Position numbers and translations under genes: made by a program
Shown here: positions 15,758 to 18,030 of the stretch, one piece after another
Layout of the letters: the number at the start of each line of letters is the position of its first letter
Numbering within the stretch: position 1 is the stretch's first letter
Assembly (NCBI GenBank): GCA_027001995.1
Contig: JALTLO010000072.1
Location: 1 to 18,030, forward strand
Origin: Planctomycetota bacterium
GTDB lineage: Bacteria > Planctomycetota > GCA-002687715 > DRQF01
Direction: 5' to 3'
Length of the DNA: 18,030 nt
The notes under the pieces: generated by a model
Databases searched by the model: none
What the model was told of the DNA's origin: nothing
The model's input: only the letters and a program-made list of their open reading frames with translations

Positions 15758-17125
15758 CTACAATCTGCAGTCTGCCGGCAGTTCTCCTCGGTCTCGGTAG
15801 AGCCGAATCTTGTTTGATAGTGTCCTTGCGGTAACGCCTAAGATGGCAGCGGCCTCAGTCTTCTTGCCGCCGGTTGCCCGGAGGGTTCCCAGGATCAGAT
15901 CTCGTTCCATGTCAGCGATGCTCTGCCCGACTGTGTCCAATGGCCCCGCGGCAACGTGGGTCACGGACTTCCCCAATGGATCAATGCTCACGGATTCACT
16001 GGCCGACAGAAGAACGCTGCGCTGTACGACGTTCGCAAGCTCCCGCACGTTTCCCGGCCAACTGTAGGTCTGCATGTTGCTCATGCTTGCGGAGCTGAAG
16101 TGCTTCGCTGGACTGCCGTATTCGCGGCTGAATCGATTCAAGAAGTGCATAGCCAGCAAGGGGATATCTTCTGGTCGGCTACGCAGAGAAGGGACCTCTA
16201 TGGGCAACACATTGAGCCGGTAAAAGAGATCCTCCCGGAACTGATCGTTAGCAATCATTTCCTCCAGATTTCTGTTTGTTGCACAGACCACGCGGACGTC
16301 TACTTTGATTGTCTCTTTGCCTCCGACCCGCTCAAACTCTCCGCTTTCCAGGACCCGCAGGAGTTTTGCTTGGACCTCTGGTGGGATCTCGCCGATCTCG
16401 TCCAAGAACAGAGTGCCCCCATTGGCCAGTTCGAAACGGCCTTCCTTGCGGGCGAATGCGCCTGTAAAAGCGCCTCGTTCGTGGCCGAATAATTCGCTGC
16501 TAAGGAGACTATCTTGCAATACGGCACAATTTGTCCGAATTAAAGGGCCTCCTTGACGGTCACTCATCCCGTGGATGCGCTCGGCGATCACTTCTTTGCC
16601 ACTGCCGCTCTCGCCGCGGATGAGGACAGTCGCTTTGGTTCTGGCGACACGGTCAGCCAGGGATGTGCACTCTGTCCAGAGAGTGCTGGCCCCGACGCAG
16701 TCTTTCTCTGTTTTGGTGTCTTGCTGGATCTGGGCCTTTAAGACTTTGTTCTCTCGCCGCAGTGACTCTCTTTCGGAGAGACGGCCGAGAACAAGATCGA
16801 TCTGTTCGACGGAAATCGGCTTCATGATGAAGTCTTCGGCACCGTCGCGCATGGCTTGGACTGCGGTTTCAACGCTGCCGAAGGCTGTCACTAGAATGAC
16901 AGGGACCTCAGGGTTCGCGCTTTTGATGGACTCCAACACCTTGAGGCCATCTCCATCTGGCATTCTGAGGTCGGAGATGACCAGGTCAGGATTATGTTCT
17001 TCAAACAGAGAACAGGCCTGTCTCCCCGTGTCGGCTTCGATGACATGATGACCCGCAGCTCTCAAGGCTTCGGCCATGAATTCCCGGGATAGTCCGTCGT
17101 CGTCTGCTACCAGTACACTACGCAT
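15758..17125 (-). CDS. Sigma54-dependent two-component response regulator (NtrC/AtoC family; FleR/FlrC-like by context), 455 aa
   Basis: Receiver domain (VADDD, SDLRMP, TAFG, KP). AAA+ domain with GESGSGKE, ELFGHERGAFTGA, LFLDEIGE, FREDLFYRLNV and WPGNVREL. C-terminal Fis-type HTH (AAAILGVTARTL..K). Confidence 0.95.
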   Translation of the reverse strand: MRSVLVADDDGLSREFMAEALRAAGHHVIEADTGRQACSLFEEHNPDLVISDLRMPDGDGLKVLESIKSANPEVPVILVTAFGSVETAVQAMRDGAEDFIMKPISVEQIDLVLGRLSERESLRRENKVLKAQIQQDTKTEKDCVGASTLWTECTSLADRVARTKATVLIRGESGSGKEVIAERIHGMSDRQGGPLIRTNCAVLQDSLLSSELFGHERGAFTGAFARKEGRFELANGGTLFLDEIGEIPPEVQAKLLRVLESGEFERVGGKETIKVDVRVVCATNRNLEEMIANDQFREDLFYRLNVLPIEVPSLRSRPEDIPLLAMHFLNRFSREYGSPAKHFSSASMSNMQTYSWPGNVRELANVVQRSVLLSASESVSIDPLGKSVTHVAAGPLDTVGQSIADMERDLILGTLRATGGKKTEAAAILGVTARTLSNKIRLYRDRGELPADCRL

Positions 17126-18030
17126 TGTTTTCGGCTACCTTTGTTGCTGTTGGCATCATCACTTGAAAGGAGGTTCCACCTTGGAGGTCGTGACAGGAGA
17201 TTGCTGCGTTGTGAAGAGCAGCAAACTTGTTTGCTATGGCAAGTCCGAGCCCAGTGCCCGATGCCTTGGTGGTACAGAACGGTTGAAACAACTTGTCCTT
17301 AACTTCAACCGGGATTCCGCCACCGTCGTCTTGGACAGAAATCGTGACTGTCTTGCTGTTTTGCAATTGGGAGATTGTGACGTTGACATGACCTTCTCCA
17401 TCCACCGCTTGAATGGCGTTCAAGATGAGGTTTGAGAAGATGATCTTGAGCTTCACGGGGTCGCCATCCACGATGGTATTTCCAGATACTTGGCAATCGA
17501 ATTGCAGTTGAACACCTGATTCTGTGTGGTCAGCGAAACCAGAAACGATCTCCCGAATCAACGCCGGAAGCAAGATTGGGCTTTTTTGAATCGTTTCCGT
17601 CGATGCGAATGTGAGGAGGTTGGTGATGATCTCATTGACCTCGCGAACACCTCTTCGAATGTTCTCAGCGTAGCGAGTCATTGGTTCACCATCTCCGGAT
17701 TTGTTGAGGGACCGGGCCAGGAGGCCGGCGAATCCATCGATGCCGTTGAGGGGATTACGAATCTCATGGGCTACACCGGCAGCCATCTCACCCAAAGCTG
17801 CCAAGGTGTCTAGACGTCCCACTTGCTCCCGCAGTCTTGTGACGACTGTGAGATCAGTAAGAACTTGGAGTTCGCAGCCGTCTGGGAGGCTCGCGCTGGT
17901 GAAGGATATCTGACGGCGAGAACCGTCGAGAGCAACGATGTCTCGCTCCCAAGATTTTCGTGTTGAGTTCTTGTTGCTATCTGGGTTCAAGATGCAGTCG
18001 CCCGTCGGACCGACAATGGTATTGGCGTTT
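17118..18030 (-). CDS. Sensor histidine kinase (NtrB/FleS-like), 5' end beyond the window edge
   Basis: H-box LGEMAAGVAHEIRNPL, N-box NLILNAIQA, G1 DDGGGI, F-box FQPFCTTK, G2 GTGLGL. The frame stays open upstream of the ORF-track TTG 17990 to the edge (NANTIVGPTGDCIL..., possibly part of a PAS-like segment). Overlaps the regulator start by 8 nt. Confidence 0.93.
   Translation of the reverse strand, partial: NANTIVGPTGDCILNPDSNKNSTRKSWERDIVALDGSRRQISFTSASLPDGCELQVLTDLTVVTRLREQVGRLDTLAALGEMAAGVAHEIRNPLNGIDGFAGLLARSLNKSGDGEPMTRYAENIRRGVREVNEIITNLLTFASTETIQKSPILLPALIREIVSGFADHTESGVQLQFDCQVSGNTIVDGDPVKLKIIFSNLILNAIQAVDGEGHVNVTISQLQNSKTVTISVQDDGGGIPVEVKDKLFQPFCTTKASGTGLGLAIANKFAALHNAAISCHDLQGGTSFQVMMPTATKVAENNA

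Noticed and set aside
15705..15758. ORF-track N-terminal extension of flgB from GTG 15758
   Set aside because: ATG 15704 has a clear SD and gives a typical FlgB length. The extension has no FlgB-like sequence.
15740..15780. Sigma54 -24/-12 promoter before flgB
   Set aside because: GG dinucleotides are present, but there is no GC at the required 10-nt spacing with a TTGC-like context.
15810..17913. Several + strand ORFs of 62-178 aa opposite the two-component genes
   Set aside because: Antisense overlaps of conserved genes, with no motifs or coding-like features.
17988..17990. TTG start of the histidine kinase
   Set aside because: The frame is open to the window edge, so the true start is probably outside the window.
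1..18030. CRISPR arrays, tRNA/rRNA, IS elements, integrases, defence systems
   Set aside because: The window is almost fully coding with gaps under 200 bp. I saw no repeat-spacer pattern, RNA gene or transposase-like ORF.

Overview
An 18-kb bacterial flagellar (motility) locus made of two convergent blocks. The + strand carries the 3' end of flgI, a rod-binding-only flgJ, flgN, unusually long flgK and flgL, and an Eis-like GNAT acetyltransferase. A hairpin at 5806-5836 separates the blocks. The - strand, read from the right edge, carries a sensor histidine kinase (cut by the window edge), a sigma54-dependent NtrC/FleR-type regulator, flgB-flgC-fliE-fliF-fliG-fliH-fliI-fliJ, a YlxF/MotE-like gene, a 189-bp gap, motA, two tandem motB paralogues and fliL. 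The P-ring gene implies a diderm host. A Planctomycetota- or deltaproteobacteria-like lineage is plausible but is inference only. I saw no RNA genes, CRISPR arrays or mobile elements. Most of the window is known machinery. The most interesting signal is the stator: one PomA-like (Na+-type) A subunit with two B subunits. These differ at the ion-selectivity position (Met vs Leu), and each has lost a different one of the two canonical peptidoglycan-binding residues, which may indicate a heterodimeric stator.
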